A DNA stretch of 64,000 nucleotides from Octopus sinensis (GCF_006345805.1 NW_021832123.1:182140-246139); one strand, 5' to 3'; shown: positions 49,780-63,850, counted from the first letter of the stretch. Notes: generated by a model not told the origin, from the letters alone. Numbers and translations: made by a program.

Positions 49780-52700
49780 TTGTGGTTACTATTTATTAAA
49801 ACAAACAATGACACATTAAGTGCAATAATAATGCTCACAAGAACGATTTGAATATTTATTTTATTATACATTTAATTTTAATTAATATATTAATTTAAAA
49901 AATCATGAATTTATTAACATATTAAATAGATAAACCGTGCAAAAAATTAATAAATCCTTATCAAGATTATGCTTTCTTTCGATCCTCATATAGTCTTCTT
50001 TTAGGCACCTTGGTAATGTGAGTCCAGGTCTCCCACGGAATTGATGTATGTCTCTCAATTTACCTTCAAGTCATTTCCAAATAGTCCATTTGAACAGAAT
50101 AGTCCAATATGTTGACAGTTATTCGTTTTGTTACGAAAGCTTCATTTTCCATTGAATATTACGTATAGTTTGGTCCAATTTTCTATGGAATAAATATAGT
50201 CTTTTCAGTTCTTCTTTTCTAAGTAAAATTATAGCATTGCATGATGATAAATTAGCAGATTCTTTTCGGATACAAAATCTACACCATTTTCATATATGAA
50301 TTCGGTAATTTTGAGACATCTAGGCCTATCTTTATTTTTAGATCTCCCAACCCAGCTTCCAAATAGACAACAAATAGAACGGGAGACAAAGAATTTCTTG
50401 ATGCAAATAGCTGTTTTCTGTTGATGCAATCAATAGCATTGCTGAAATCAATTCCAAGGAGGTAGATGATATTCGTGTATTTTTGGCATCCAGTTAAAAC
50501 ATCGAAAATCATTATCCGAAGCCACTTTGACTATTCAGGGGAATTCCCTACTTTTACATGATTTAAAACGATAATTGAGGGGCTGTTAATAGGACTAAGG
50601 TTTCTAATAATCCTTTTTTCCAGATTTATTCATCGGTAATACAACATTATGTCAGATAATGTTCCAAAGTATTCCGATAATTTGTTGAAATGATTTCTTG
50701 AAGTGCCAAACAATGCACTTCGTTTTTTCAAACCTGTTTCAACTGCGATATCCGGGTTTTGGATAATATAACTTTAGATAAGCGTTTCGCCACTATGTCA
50801 TGTTACAACTTTTCAGTAATAATCTTTTTTAAATGGAGTCAATCTTGTTGAATATAAACTTGTAATAGTTTCCATTTCGACAGCCTAACCACTTCGTCCT
50901 GTGTTTTGCAAGGTGTTCAAAAGTAATTCACAGATATAGACACATTGTACTAAAAAAGCTGACAAGAAAGTCTTTAAAATGATTTCTGAACCTTTTCCCC
51001 AAAAAATCCCACATAATCGTCATCTTTCCTTTGTAACTTGACCTTCTACTCACCATAAATGAATGTTAGAGTAGATTTGGGGAATCTATATAGACAATAG
51101 ATAGGTTCATGCAATTTTTTGTAGTTCCATTGTATTTCCAGTGATTTTGATCTTATGCCTGTGTCGACCATAATAATATAAATATTTGTAAAAAATCACA
51201 AAAACAGACAATTAATGACGAAACTATCCTATTTTTAGACACGAATAATACAGAAATGTCAATATTGACGCAAAAAAATATGCAAATTATTAACTAGTAC
51301 ATTTCTTCTTCAGCTAATGAACTCGACAGTCTTTTTATCAGAGCATTTCTTCTACCTTTGTCCTATTCATCAAAATAGGTATGAACGATTCCCGACTGTT
51401 AAGCCCGTATTTTTACTATTGACTTATCGTTCGCATGGAGATAAGCAAAAATTGTCAAATCAGCGATATCATGTAATGATCTTTCAATTATGTTAAATGA
51501 CTTCAAAAACTTCAAAGTCATTAGTCGTTTGAATATAATCTGGATTTTCTCTTTTTCATGACATTAACTTAAACAAATCTGTTTCGTCATCCTCCGCAAT
51601 AATTCTTTTTGATAAATGTATAAAATCCTATTTGGATTGTATTTACCAAATAAGACAACATAATTTTTCAAATCTTAAAAATTGTTTTCTCTGAGTAAAA
51701 TTTTATTCTTATTGTAATGCTAATTATTGATCGTTCTTATTCTATTGGGTTAGCTATTTAAATAAAATTTAGCGACTTTTTCAGTTTTCGATTAACAAAT
51801 GGAACACACGTTAATCACGGATGATTACAAGCTTTATAAAAATGAAATTAAAAGTGCCATTCAAATGGACAGTCATTTCAAGGAAAACGAAGTCTTATTT
51901 CTAAACGGCCTGATCAAAGATTTGCCATTAACAATAAATCAAAAAATATGTCTCCGGTTGGTGGTTGAATTCATCTTAGAGATGAGCTGTACAATTCTTC
52001 TTTGAATCACTTTTTATCTCAAAAAAGAGAAGCAATTCCAAACAAACGTAGAAATATAGAAAAAATATCAAAAATTAACGGAAACTTGAGCAAGTTCTTT
52101 GAATTTATTTACAGTTGTTTTAAAGTTGCTTATTGAAGGGACTTTTGGTTATGGAACGATGGTTTACTTTTATTTCTTGTGGGTGACCTTTGTTTTCAAT
52201 TTCATTCAATTAATTTTTTTATGTGTCTTTTTTTCATACCACTCATAATTTCCAAAGTTCCGCTCTTTTTAGCGCCTTTTACATTTTTTGACGTGTTTAC
52301 GGCAAACGTAGATTTGATTTACTATTTCAGGGTTTTATTGAAAATTCGTTTCTTTTCTACGGAAACTATGACAAATTTACGTGGAAATTTAATTTTTTTA
52401 TTTTGTACTATCCAATTATATTCTCAAGTTTTATTCTGCAACTGGTCTATCTTTTTTACATGTATTACTACTATTATTAGCCATAGAGTCAACGAGAGCT
52501 ATAAAACAAAGGCTTCAGCTGCAGAATTACATAACTTTGAACGTCCACTTCATCAAAACTCTTTACGCACACCGAAGCATATTCAGCTTAGAGTCCAAGA
52601 ATAAACAAAATGCAATTTTCTTTAGTTTAATAGTAATTTCCAAGTCAAAACATTCAGAAAAAATTGATCGACAACAAGGAAAGAGAAAGGTGTTTGAAAA

Positions 52701-53984
52701 CACCTGATGAACAAATTTATTACACGTTTATAAGAGCTTTAACTGGATTTGTTTCAGTAGTCCTGTTTGTTATACATGTGATCGCTCTTTACTACGCCAA
52801 TAAAGTCACGATCGACAATCCTGTAACTTTGTGGGTCAAGATGAAAGGACAATCTTTGGTTGGAGTTTCTGACCTCGTTTGTGTATTTTATCGACGGATT
52901 ATTATTGTCGTTGATTGCTAATTGTTTTGAAAAAGTTGAACTTTACTCCCCCGAAACAAAACTAAAAATTAAACTCGCCAGGTTTGTGTTTTTAATATTT
53001 TGATTAATTTCGATCAACATTTTTCTATAGCGAACAAAATTAAACTCGCCAGGTTTGTGTTTTTAATATTTTGATTAATTTCGATCAACATTTTTTCGGT
53101 TTACTTTTATTTCTATATTCTGGTCAGTTCTGTGACTCAAAATATAGTTCCTGGGATCCATGTTAGTCTTTCTAATTTACGTGACAGTGCTGGGAGAATT
53201 ACTTCGGGAAAAACATGTACAGACTCATTCTTGTCGAATTCTTGAGAATTCTAGAGAGATTTCATTAATCATTTGATTATCCTGCTCGATTAAATAAAAT
53301 AACAACTTTAGAAAAATGTTTAAACATAAAAAAGAATTTAACGTAAGTGACAACATTGTTCAGCTTATTCGGTTCTACTTAATTGCCTCGTTTGTCTATC
53401 AAATATTTATTTAAGTTTGACTGTGATTTTTGTGCCTTTGATCAGCATTCCAATACTTTTTTTATTTATTTGGGATCTTTTCATTAAAATTTGTTTGTCT
53501 GATTTTTCTAACAATATAGATTCATATCAGTTGCTTTAATATTTCGTCGGGCAAACTTAACAAATACACTCAGTCTAACTTATTTGGAATTGTGTCCCTC
53601 ATCATTATATTTGGACTACACACCATTCCAAACTTTTTTGTTTATTTCAAGTAATAATTGATAAAACTGAATTCAGTCTAAGACCATCAGAGTCGTGTGG
53701 CCCATATCGCAACACGACATTCATGTACGCATCTATGGTACACATGATTGAAGTTGACGCGACGAGCAATAAAGCTATTTTAAGTTACAAGCATATTGTG
53801 CCTTCGTTTGCTATTTTAAATTTGTAACAATTATATAGTATTGTAGACTAGCTCAGCAGTTCGCTTCGCTCACTGCGAGCTAGCTCCTGCGGAGGCCCTG
53901 CTCGCTACGCTCGCAGTTTCCTTAAATAACTATAAATTTATGTAGATATATAAATGCGACCTGCTTTGATATAACCTTATTCTA

Positions 53985-54775
53985 AGGCCTGTGGATAAAC
54001 GATGTTTGCAGTCCGTCCATCCTTGGCAAATATAAATAAATTTCTCTTCTACCTACCCTTGAGCACCCCACATACAGCTGGCCATGTGAAAAGCACTCGT
54101 TCTCTAAAAATAAGCCTACTACCTTTAAAGACTGTCCCTGGGCCTTGTTTATTGTCATAGCAAAACTTATCTTCAGCGGAAATTGTAGTCTCTTAAATCT
54201 ATCGCAGGCCCTTTCATGGTCCATAATAACGTCGACCGATTTATATATTCATTCTCTGCCAGGGATTTTCATTAATAAATCTAAATTTATATTAAGTACC
54301 TCATCATTAAGTGGAGCTAATATAGCTCGTTCACGCAGCCAGTCGAAATTCACGTAGTGTTCAGATAGTTCGGAATAGACGGCATTCAATAATTCTTCTG
54401 TTTCTACGAAAATACATAATTCTTCCGGTAGCCTAATTTTCTGGTCGTGCATTTCTGAAGTGATTGCCCCATTTCCAATATCTAGAAGGATTTGTGGGAA
54501 TATGCTATTAACGCCTTGTAAATGTGCATGTACATTTACATCTAAGCTTACCTTTTTCACGTGTGTCCACAAATATGACGATTTGAGGCAGGCATTCAAT
54601 TCATCCGCAGGCGTCCCTCTTTGAATAATTGGCAGCGTCTGTCTAAAATCACCTGCCAATACAACTAATGCTCCCCCAAACAAATGGTCGCTACAATTCT
54701 TGATATCTCTATATGTTCGGTCAACTGCTTGAATGCGCCTTTATGAGCCATCGTACATTCATCCCAAACAATTAA
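53985..54775 (-). pseudogene. Helitron PIF1-family helicase fragment
   Basis: [66 protein letters not shown]. Internal deletion; no HUH/Rep domain seen. Confidence 0.92.
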
Positions 54776-55493
54776 CCTAGAATGCATAATTCTATTACCC
54801 GTAGTTGAGTCTAACAGCAGTCCTGACCTTGTTCAGCTGTTGTCTAAGTTCCCTCACCATTTAAGCACATCTTCCTCGTTTCTCTTTTTTGTTATATGGT
54901 TCATATTCTCTTGTTTGTTAACATTCTCAGATCTCTCTTTATAGGACATTCTTATGATTTTGTAAACGCGAATCAGTAATTTATATTAAATTTTCTACGT
55001 AAATTTATTTAGTGAAATTTATGTAAAGTGTATTATCCAATCAAAGCCATTATACTTAATTGCCTCTATGTTTAAAGGAATTGAAACTTTAGCATAATCG
55101 AACTTGTCTGTTTCGGTAAAGAAAATGATAATCAGCTTCATCTTTGTAGTATTAAAAGGAAAAAAATTAAAGCCTGTTAAATCAAGGAGATTTAAATATA
55201 GGCAAATTGAAATTTACATGACTAATTTAATTTTATTTGCCTCTATCTTTTAAGAAATCTTAACAGTAGCATAATCGAATTTGTCAGTTTCGGCAGTTAA
55301 AAGAATCAATTATGTAAATCTCTAATAATTTTTGCTTTTTCCTTTTTAGTGGTTTTCAAAATCTGATAATTGCACAGTCTATTCATGGTCGATAACAATT
55401 AGAGCTTTTATTTTATTTTTTTAACGAAAATTTAACAAAAAAGAATTTATGTCATCGAAAAAAGATAGCTAAGCTAATTAATGGCCTCACGAG

Positions 55494-58400
55494 GCTTGAA
55501 GGTTGTGGAGGACCTCATCATGTGAGTCGAGGACTTCTTGTCGTTCATTTTAACAAAAACGCAGAAAATTTTTTTTTAATTTTTGGCTTGAAGGTTTTGG
55601 GGGACCACATCATGTGAGTCGAGGACTTTCTTGTCGTCATTTTACAAAAACGCAGAAAATATTTTTTTTTAATTTTTGGGCTTGAAGGTTTTGGGGGACC
55701 ACATCATGTGAGTCAAGGACTTTCTTGTTGTTCATTTAACAAAAACGCAGAAAATAATTTTTTTTAATTTTTTGGCTTGAAGTTTTTGGGGGACCACATC
55801 ATGTGAGTCAAGGACTTTCTTGTTGTTCATTTAACAAAAACGCAGAAAATAATTTTTTTTAATTTTTTGGCTTGAAGTTTTTGGGGGACCACATCATGTG
55901 AGTCGAGGACTTTCTTGTTGTTCATTTAACAAAAACGCAGAAAATAATTTTTTTTAAATTTTTTGGCTTGAAGGTTTTGAGGGACCACATCATGTGAGTC
56001 GAGGACTTTCTTGTTGTTCATTTTAACAAAAACGCAGAAAATAATTTTTTTAATTTTTTAGCTTGAAGGTTTTGGGGGACCACATCATGTGAGTCGAGGA
56101 CTTTCTTGTTGTTCATTTTAACAAAAACGCAGAAAATAATTTTTTTTAATTTTTTGGCTTGAAGGTTTTGGGGGACCACATCATGTGAGTCGAGGACTTT
56201 CTGTTGTTCATTTTAACAAAAAACGCAGAAAGAAAATAATTTTTTTAATTTTTGGCTTAAAGGTTTTGGGGGACCACATCATGTGAGTCGAGGACTTTCT
56301 TGTCGTTCATTTTAACAAAAACGCAGAAAATATATTTTTTTAATTTTTTAGCTTGAAGGTTGTGGAGGACCTCATCATGTGAGTCGAGGACTTTCTTGTC
56401 GTTCATTTTAACAAAAACGCAGAAAATATTTTTTTTTAATTTTTGGGCTTGAAGGTTTTGGGGGACCACATCATGTGAGTCAAGGACTTTCTTGTTGTTC
56501 ATTTAACAAAAACGCAGAAAATAATTTTTTTTAATTTTTTGGCTTGAAGTTTTTGGGGGACCACATCATGTGAGTCGAGGACTTTCTTGTTGTTCATTTT
56601 TACAAAAACGCAGAAAATAATTTTTTTTAATTTTTTGGCTTGAAGGTTTTGGGGGACCACATCATGTGAGTCGAGGACTTTCTTGTTGTTCATTTTAACA
56701 AAAACGCAGAAAATAATTTTTTTTAATTTTTTGGCTTGAAGGTTTTGGGGGACCACATCATGTGAGTCGAGGACTTTCTTGTTGTTCATTTTTACAAAAA
56801 CGCAGAAAATAATTTTTTTAATTTTTTAGCTTGAAGGTTTTGGGGGACCACATCATGTGAGTCGAGGACTTTCTTGTCGTTCATTTTAACAAAAACGCAG
56901 AAAATATTTTTTTTTAATTTTTTAGCTTGAAGGTTTTGGGGGACCACATCATGTGAGTCGAGGACTTTCTTGTTGTTCATTTTTACAAAAACGCAGAAAA
57001 TAATTTTTTTTAATTTTTGGGCTTGAAGGTTTGGGGGACCACATCATGTGAGTCGAGGACTTTCTTGTTGTTCATTTTAACAAAAAACAGAAAATAATTT
57101 TTTTTAATTTTTTGGCTTGAAGGTTTTGGGGGACCACATCATGTGAGTCGAGGACTTTCTTGTTGGTCATTTTAACAAAAACGCAGAAAATATTTTTTTT
57201 AATTTTTTAGCTTGAAGGTTTTGGAGGACCTCATCATGTGAGTCGAGGACTTTCTTGTCGTTCATTTTAACAAAAACGCAGAAAATAATTTTTTTAATTT
57301 TTTGGCTGAAGGTTGGGGGGACCACATCATGTGAGTCGAGGACTTTCTTGTTGTTCATTTTAACAAAAACGCAGAAAATAATTTTTTTTAATTTTTGGTT
57401 GAAGGTTTTGGGGGACCACATCATGTGAGTCGAGGACTTTCTTGTTGTTCATTTTAACAAAAACGCAGAAAATATTTTTTTTAATTTTTGGCTTGAAGGT
57501 TTGGGGGACCACATCATGTGAGTCGAGGACTTTCTTGTTGTTCATTTTAACAAAAACGCAGAAAATAATTTTTTAATTTTTTGGCTTGAAGGTTTTGGGG
57601 GACCACATCATGTGAGTCGAGGACTTTCTTGTTGTTCATTTTTACAAAAACGCAGAAAATAATTTTTTTTAATTTTTGGCTTGAAGGTTTTGGGGGACCA
57701 CATCATGTGAGTCGAGGACTTTCTTGTTGTTCATTTTAACAAAAACGCAGAAAATAATTTTTTTTATTTTTGGCTTGAAGGTTTTGGGGGACCACATCAT
57801 GTGAGTCGAGGACTTTCTTGTGTTCATTTTAACAAAAACGCAGCAAAAAAAAATTTTTTTTTAATTTTTTAGCTTGAAGGTTGGGGGACCACATCATGTG
57901 AGTCGAGGACTTTCTTGTCGTTCATTTTAACAAAAACGCAGAAAATATTTTTTTTTAATTTTTGGGCTTGAAGGTTTTGGGGGACCACATCATGTGAGTC
58001 AAGGACTTTCTTGTTGTTCATTTAACAAAAACGCAGAAAATAATTTTTTTTAATTTTTTGGCTTGAAGTTTTTGGGGGACCACATCATGTGAGTCGAGGA
58101 CTTTCTTGTTGTTCATTTAACAAAAACGCAGAAAATAATTTTTTTTAAATTTTTTGGCTTGAAGGTTTTGAGGGACCACATCATGTGAGTCGAGGACTTT
58201 CTTGTTGTTCATTTTAACAAAAACGCAGAAAATAATTTTTTTAATTTTTTAGCTTGAAGGTTTTGGGGGACCACATCATGTGAGTCGAGGACTTTGTTGT
58301 CGTTCATTTTAACAAAAACGCAGAAAATATTTTTTTTTAATTTTTTAGCTTGAAGGTTGTGGAGGACCTCATCATGTGAGTCGAGGACTTTCTTGTCGTT

Positions 58401-60074
58401 CATTTTAACAAAAACGCAGAAAATATTTTTTTTTAATTTTTGGGCTTGAAGGTTTTGGGGGACCACATCATGTGAGTCAAGGACTTTCTTGTTGTTCATT
58501 TAACAAAAACGCGAGAAAATAATTTTTTTAATTTTTGGCTTGAAGTTTTTGGGGGGACCACATCATGTGAGTCGAGGACTTTCTTGTTGTTCATTTACAA
58601 AAACGCAGAAAATAATTTTTTTAATTTTTGGCTTGAAGGTTTGAGGGACCACATCATGTAAGTCGAGGACTTTCTTGTTGTTCATTTTAAAAAAACGCAG
58701 AAAATAATTTTTTTTAATTTTTTAGCTTGAAGGTTTTGGGGGACCACATCATGTGAGTCGAGGACTTTCTTGTTGTTCATTTTAACAAAAACGCAGAAAA
58801 TAATTTTTTTAATTTTTTGGCTTGAAGGTTTTGGGGGACCACATCATGTGAGTCGAGGACTTTCTTGTTGTTCATTTTAACAAAAACGCAGAAAATAATT
58901 TTTTTTAATTTTTTGGCTTTAAGGTTTTGGGGGGACCACATCATGTGAGTCGAGGACTTTCTTGTCGTTCATTTTAACAAAAACGCAGAGAAAATATTTT
59001 TTTTTAATTTTTTAGCTTGAAGGTTGTGGAGGACCTCATCATGTGAGTCGAGGACTCTTGTCGTTCATTTTAACAAAAACGCAGAAAATATTTTTTTATT
59101 TTTGGGCTTGAAGGTTTTGGGGGACCACATCATGTGAGTCAAGACTTTCTGTTGTTCATTTAACAAAAACGCAGAAAATAATTTTTTTTAATTTTTTGGC
59201 TTGAAGTTTTTGGGGGACCACATCATGTGAGTCGAGGACTTTCTTGTTGTTCATTTTTACAAAAACGCAGAAAATAATTTTTTTTAATTTTTGGCTTGAA
59301 GGTTTTGGGGGACCACATCATGTGAGTCGAGGACTTTGTTGTTGTTCATTTTTACAAAAACGCAGAAAATAATTTTTTTTAATTTTTTGGCTTGAAGGTT
59401 TTGGGGGACCACATCATGTGAGTCGAGGACTTTCTTGTTGTTCATTTTAACAAAAACGCAGAAAATAATTTTTTTAATTTTTGGCTTGAAGGTTTTGGGG
59501 GACCACATCATGTGAGTCGAGGACTTTCTTGTTGTTCATTTTAACAAAAACGCAGAAAAAATATTTTTTTTAATTTTTTAGCTTGAAGGTTGTGGAGGAC
59601 CTCATCATGTGAGTCGAGGACTTTCTTGTCGTTCATTTTAACAAAAACGCAGAAGAAAATATTTTTTTTAATTTTTGGCTTGAAGGTTTTGGGGGCCACA
59701 TCATGTGAGTCGAGGACTTTCCTGTTGTTCATTTACAAAAACAAACGCAGAAAATAATTTTTTTTAATTTTTGGCTTGAAGGTTTTGAGGGACCACATCA
59801 TGTGAGTCGAGGACTTTCTTGTTGTTCATTTTAACAAAAACGCAGAAGAAAATAATTTTTTTAATTTTTTAGCTTGAAGGTTTTGGGGGACGACATCATG
59901 TGAGTCGAGGACTTTCTTGTTGTTCATTTTAACAAAAACGCAGAAAATAATTTTTTTAATTTTTTGGCTTGAAGGTTTTGGGGGGACCACATCATGTGAG
60001 TCGAGGACTTTCTTGTTGTTCATTTTAACAAAAACGCAGAAAATTGACTTGAAGGTTTTGGGGGACCTCATCAT
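55494..60074. repeat. Satellite array 1 within the Helitron, ~96-bp unit, ~47 copies
   Basis: Unit gcttgaaggttttgggggaccacatcatgtgagtcgaggactttcttgttgttcattttaacaaaaacgcagaaaataattttttttaattttttg, with variable homopolymer lengths. Confidence 0.97.
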
Positions 60075-60769
60075 CGAGGATATTCTTTCTTATTAAAATT
60101 TTTTGACAGGAAGGTTCTTAGAGGATATCAACCTTTTATTGTGCCTCATTATCGAATAACTACAAAAGGGAAGGTTTTGACAATTTGATCTGGTTTGTAA
60201 CAATTTGAATGTGGGTGTGCACAGACAGACAGACAGACACACACCATACCATTTTATTATTAAGATTTTCTACGTAAATTTATTTAGTGAAATTTATGTA
60301 AAGTGTATTATCCAATCAAAGCCATTATACTTAATTGCCTCTATGTTTAAAGGAATTGAAACTTTAGCATAATCGAACTTGTCTGTTTCGGTAAAGAAAA
60401 TGATAATCAGCTTCATCTTTGTAGTATTAAAAGGAAAAAAATTAAAGCCTGTTAAATCAAGGAGATTTAAATATAGGCAAATTGAAATTTACATGACTAA
60501 TTTAAATTTTATTTGCCTTTATCTTTTAAGAAATCTAAACAGTAGCATAATCGAATTTGTCAGTTTCGGCAGTTAAAAAGAATCAATTATGTAAATCTCT
60601 AATAATTTTTGCTTTTTCCTTTTTAGTGGTTTTCAAAATCTGATAATTGCACAGTCTATTCATGGTCGATAACAATTAGAGCTTTTATTTTATTTTTTTA
60701 ACGAAAATTTAACAAAAAAGAATTTATGTCTTCGAAAAAAGATAGCTAAGCTAATTAATGGCCTCACGA

Positions 60770-63245
60770 GCTTGAAGGTTGTGGAGGACCTCATCATGTG
60801 AGTCGAGGACTTTCTTGTCGTTCATTTTAACAAAAACGCAGAAAATATTTTTTTTAATTTTGGGCTTGAAGGTTTTGGGGGACCACATCATGTGAGTCGA
60901 GGACTTTCTTGTTGTTCATTTAACAAAAACGCAGAAAATAATTTTTTTTAATTTTTTGGCTTGAAGGTTTTGGGGGACCACATCATGTGAGTCGAGGACT
61001 TTCTTGTTGTTCATTTAACAAAAACGCAGAAAATAATTTTTTTTAATTTTTTGGCTTGAAGGTTTGGGGGACCACATCATGTGAGTCGAGGACTTTCTTG
61101 TTGTTCATTTTAACAAAAACGCAGAAAATAATTTTTTTTAATTTTTGGCTTGAAGGTTTTGGGGGACCACATCATGTGAGTCGAGGACTTTCTTGTTGTT
61201 CATTTTAACAAAAACGCAGAAAATAATTTTTTTTAATTTTTTGGCTTGAAGGTTTTGGGGGACCACATCATGTGAGTCGAGGACTTTCTTGTTGTTCATT
61301 TTAACAAAAACGCAGAAAATAATTTTTTTAATTTTTTACCTTGAAGGTTTTGGGGGACCACATCATGTGAGTCGAGGACTTTCTTGTTGTTCATTTTAAC
61401 AAAAACGCAGAAAATAATTTTTTTAATTTTTGGCTTGAAGGTTTTGGGGGACCACATCATGTGAGTCGAGGACTTTCTTGTTGTTCATTTTAACAAAAAC
61501 GCAGAAAATAATTTTTTTAATTTTTTACCTTGAAGGTTTTGGGGGACCACATCATGTGAGTCGAGGACTTTCTTGTTGTTCATTTTAACAAAAACGCAGA
61601 AAATAATTTTTTAATTTTTGGCTTGAAGGTTTTGGGGGACCACATCATGTGAGTCGAGGACTTTCTTGTTGTTCATTTTAACAAAAACGCAGAAAATAAT
61701 TTTTTTAATTTTTTGGCTTGAAGGTTTTGGGGGACCACATCATGTGAGTCGAGGACTTTCTTGTTGTTCATTTTAACAAAAACGCAGAAAAAATAATTTT
61801 TTAATTTTTTAGCTTGAAGGTTTTGGGGGACCACATCATGTGAGTCGAGGACTTTCTTGTTGTTCATTTTAACAAAAACGCAGAAAATAATTTTTTTAAT
61901 TTTTTGGCTTGAAGTTTTGGGGGACCACATCATGTGAGTCGAGGACTTTCTTGTTGGTCATTTTAACAAAAACGCAGAGAAAATATTTTTTTTAATTTTT
62001 TAGCTTGAAGGTTTTGGGGGACCACATCATGTGAGTCGAGGACTTTCTTGTTGTTCATTTTAACAAAAACGCAGAAAATAATTTTTTTAATTTTTTGGCT
62101 TGAAGGTTTTGGGGGACCACATCATGTGAGTCGAGGACTTTCTTGTTGTTCATTTTAACAAAAACGCAGAAAATAATTTTTTTTAATTTTTTGGCTTGAA
62201 GGTTTTGGGGGACCACATCATGTGAGTCGAGGACTTTCTTGTTGTTCATTTTTACAAAAACGCAGAAAATAATTTTTTTTAATTTTTTGGCTTGAAGGTT
62301 TTGGGGGACCACATCATGTGAGTCGAGGACTTTCTTGTTGTTCATTTTAACAAAAACGCAGAAAATAATTTTTTTAATTTTTTGGCTTGAAGGTTTGGGG
62401 GACCACATCATGTGAGTCGAGGACTTTCTTGTTGTTCATTTTAACAAAAACGCAGAAAATAATTTTTTTAATTTTTTGGCTTGAAGGTTTGGGGGACCAC
62501 ATCATGTGAGTCGAGGACTTTCTTGTTGTTCATTTTAAAAAAACGCAGAAAATAATTTTTTTTAATTTTTGGCTTGAAGGTTTGGGGGACCACATCATGT
62601 GAGTCGAGGACTTTCTTGTTGTTCATTTTTACAAAAACGCAGAAAATAATTTTTTTTTAATTTTTGGCTTGAAGGTTTTGGGGGACCACATCATGTGAGT
62701 CGAGGACTTTCTTGTTGTTCATTTTAACAAAAACGCAGAAAATAATTTTTTTTAATTTTTTGGCTTGAAGGTTTTGGGGGACCACATCATGTGAGTCGAG
62801 GACTTTCTTGTTGTTCATTTTTACAAAAACGCAGAAAATAATTTTTTTAATTTTTTGGCTTGAAGGTTTTGGGGGACCACATCATGTGAGTCGAGGACTT
62901 TCTTGTTGTTCATTTTAAAAAACGCAGAAAATAATTTTTTTTAATTTTTTGGCTTGAAGGTTTGGGGGACCACATCATGTGAGTCGAGGACTTTCTTGTT
63001 GTTCATTTTAACAAAAACGCAGAAAATAATTTTTTTAATTTTTTGGCTTGAAGGTTTGGGGGACCACATCATGTGAGTCGAGGACTTTCTTGTTGTTCAT
63101 TTTAACAAAAACGCAGAAAATATTTTTTTTAATTTTTTGGCTTGAAGGTTTGGGGGACCACATCATGTGAGTCGAGGGCTTTCTTGTTGTTCATTTTAAC
63201 AAAAACGCAGAAAATTGACTTGAAGGTTTTGGGGGACCTCATCAT
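60770..63245. repeat. Satellite array 2 within the Helitron, same unit, ~25 copies, more homogeneous
   Basis: Same unit; flanks duplicate those of array 1. Confidence 0.97.
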
Positions 63246-63850
63246 CGAGGATATTCTTTCTTATTAAAATTTTTTGACAGGAAGGTTCTTAGAGGATATC
63301 AACCTTTTATTGTGCCTCATTATCGAATAACTACAAAAGGGAAGGTTTTGACAATTTGATCTGGTTTGTAACAATTTGAATGTGGGTGTGCACAGACAGA
63401 CAGACAGACACACAGACAGACAGACACACACCATACCATTTTATTATTAAGATTAACGTGCATTTTTCTGATTATAAGGATGGAAAATATCGCAGTATCT
63501 TACAAAAACTTTAGGAAAAATATTAAAAAGGTACACCAAATTTTGTATTTATTAAAAGAGGATAATTCTTAAATTAAAAGTATACAGTACATGACCTGAC
63601 AAAAAAAACATTAGACCACAAATAACTAGTTTTAGAGCACAAAATAAGAAAATCTGACCCATCTAATAATCTTTGTGGTCTCAAAATAAAAAATGATCTC
63701 AGCGTGCAAAAACGTGTAAGAGAACTGTTCCCCACAAGAACGAAACGAAAATAAAGACATTTTATTTATTAAAAAATTAATAATAAAAATATCTAATTCT
63801 TATTTTTCGAACGAGATTTTTCTTTTTTTACAGATTCTAAAAATAATCGA

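Larger units (their letters stand above)
53848..63452 (-). mobile_element. Composite non-autonomous Helitron, 9.6 kb
   Basis: 5' TC (63452), 3' hairpin + CTAG (53848), inserted between A and T with no TSD (empty site gtaga|ttaac in copy A). Second 5' TC end at 60265. Confidence 0.92.
51799..63572 (+). pseudogene. TMC-family gene, copy B; interrupted by the Helitron 1 nt into an exon encoding the last TM
   Basis: Retains QCWENYFGKNMYRLILVEF and KKEFNVSDNIVQL. Sequence resumes at 63453 with ttaacgtgcatttttctg, matching 17330. Confidence 0.75.

Noticed and set aside
55494-63245. CRISPR array or repeat-protein gene (32-aa MNNKKVLDSHDVV... ORFs)
   Set aside because: No unique spacers and no cas genes in a eukaryotic context. 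The ORFs arise because the unit is ~96 bp, and homopolymer variation breaks the frame constantly.
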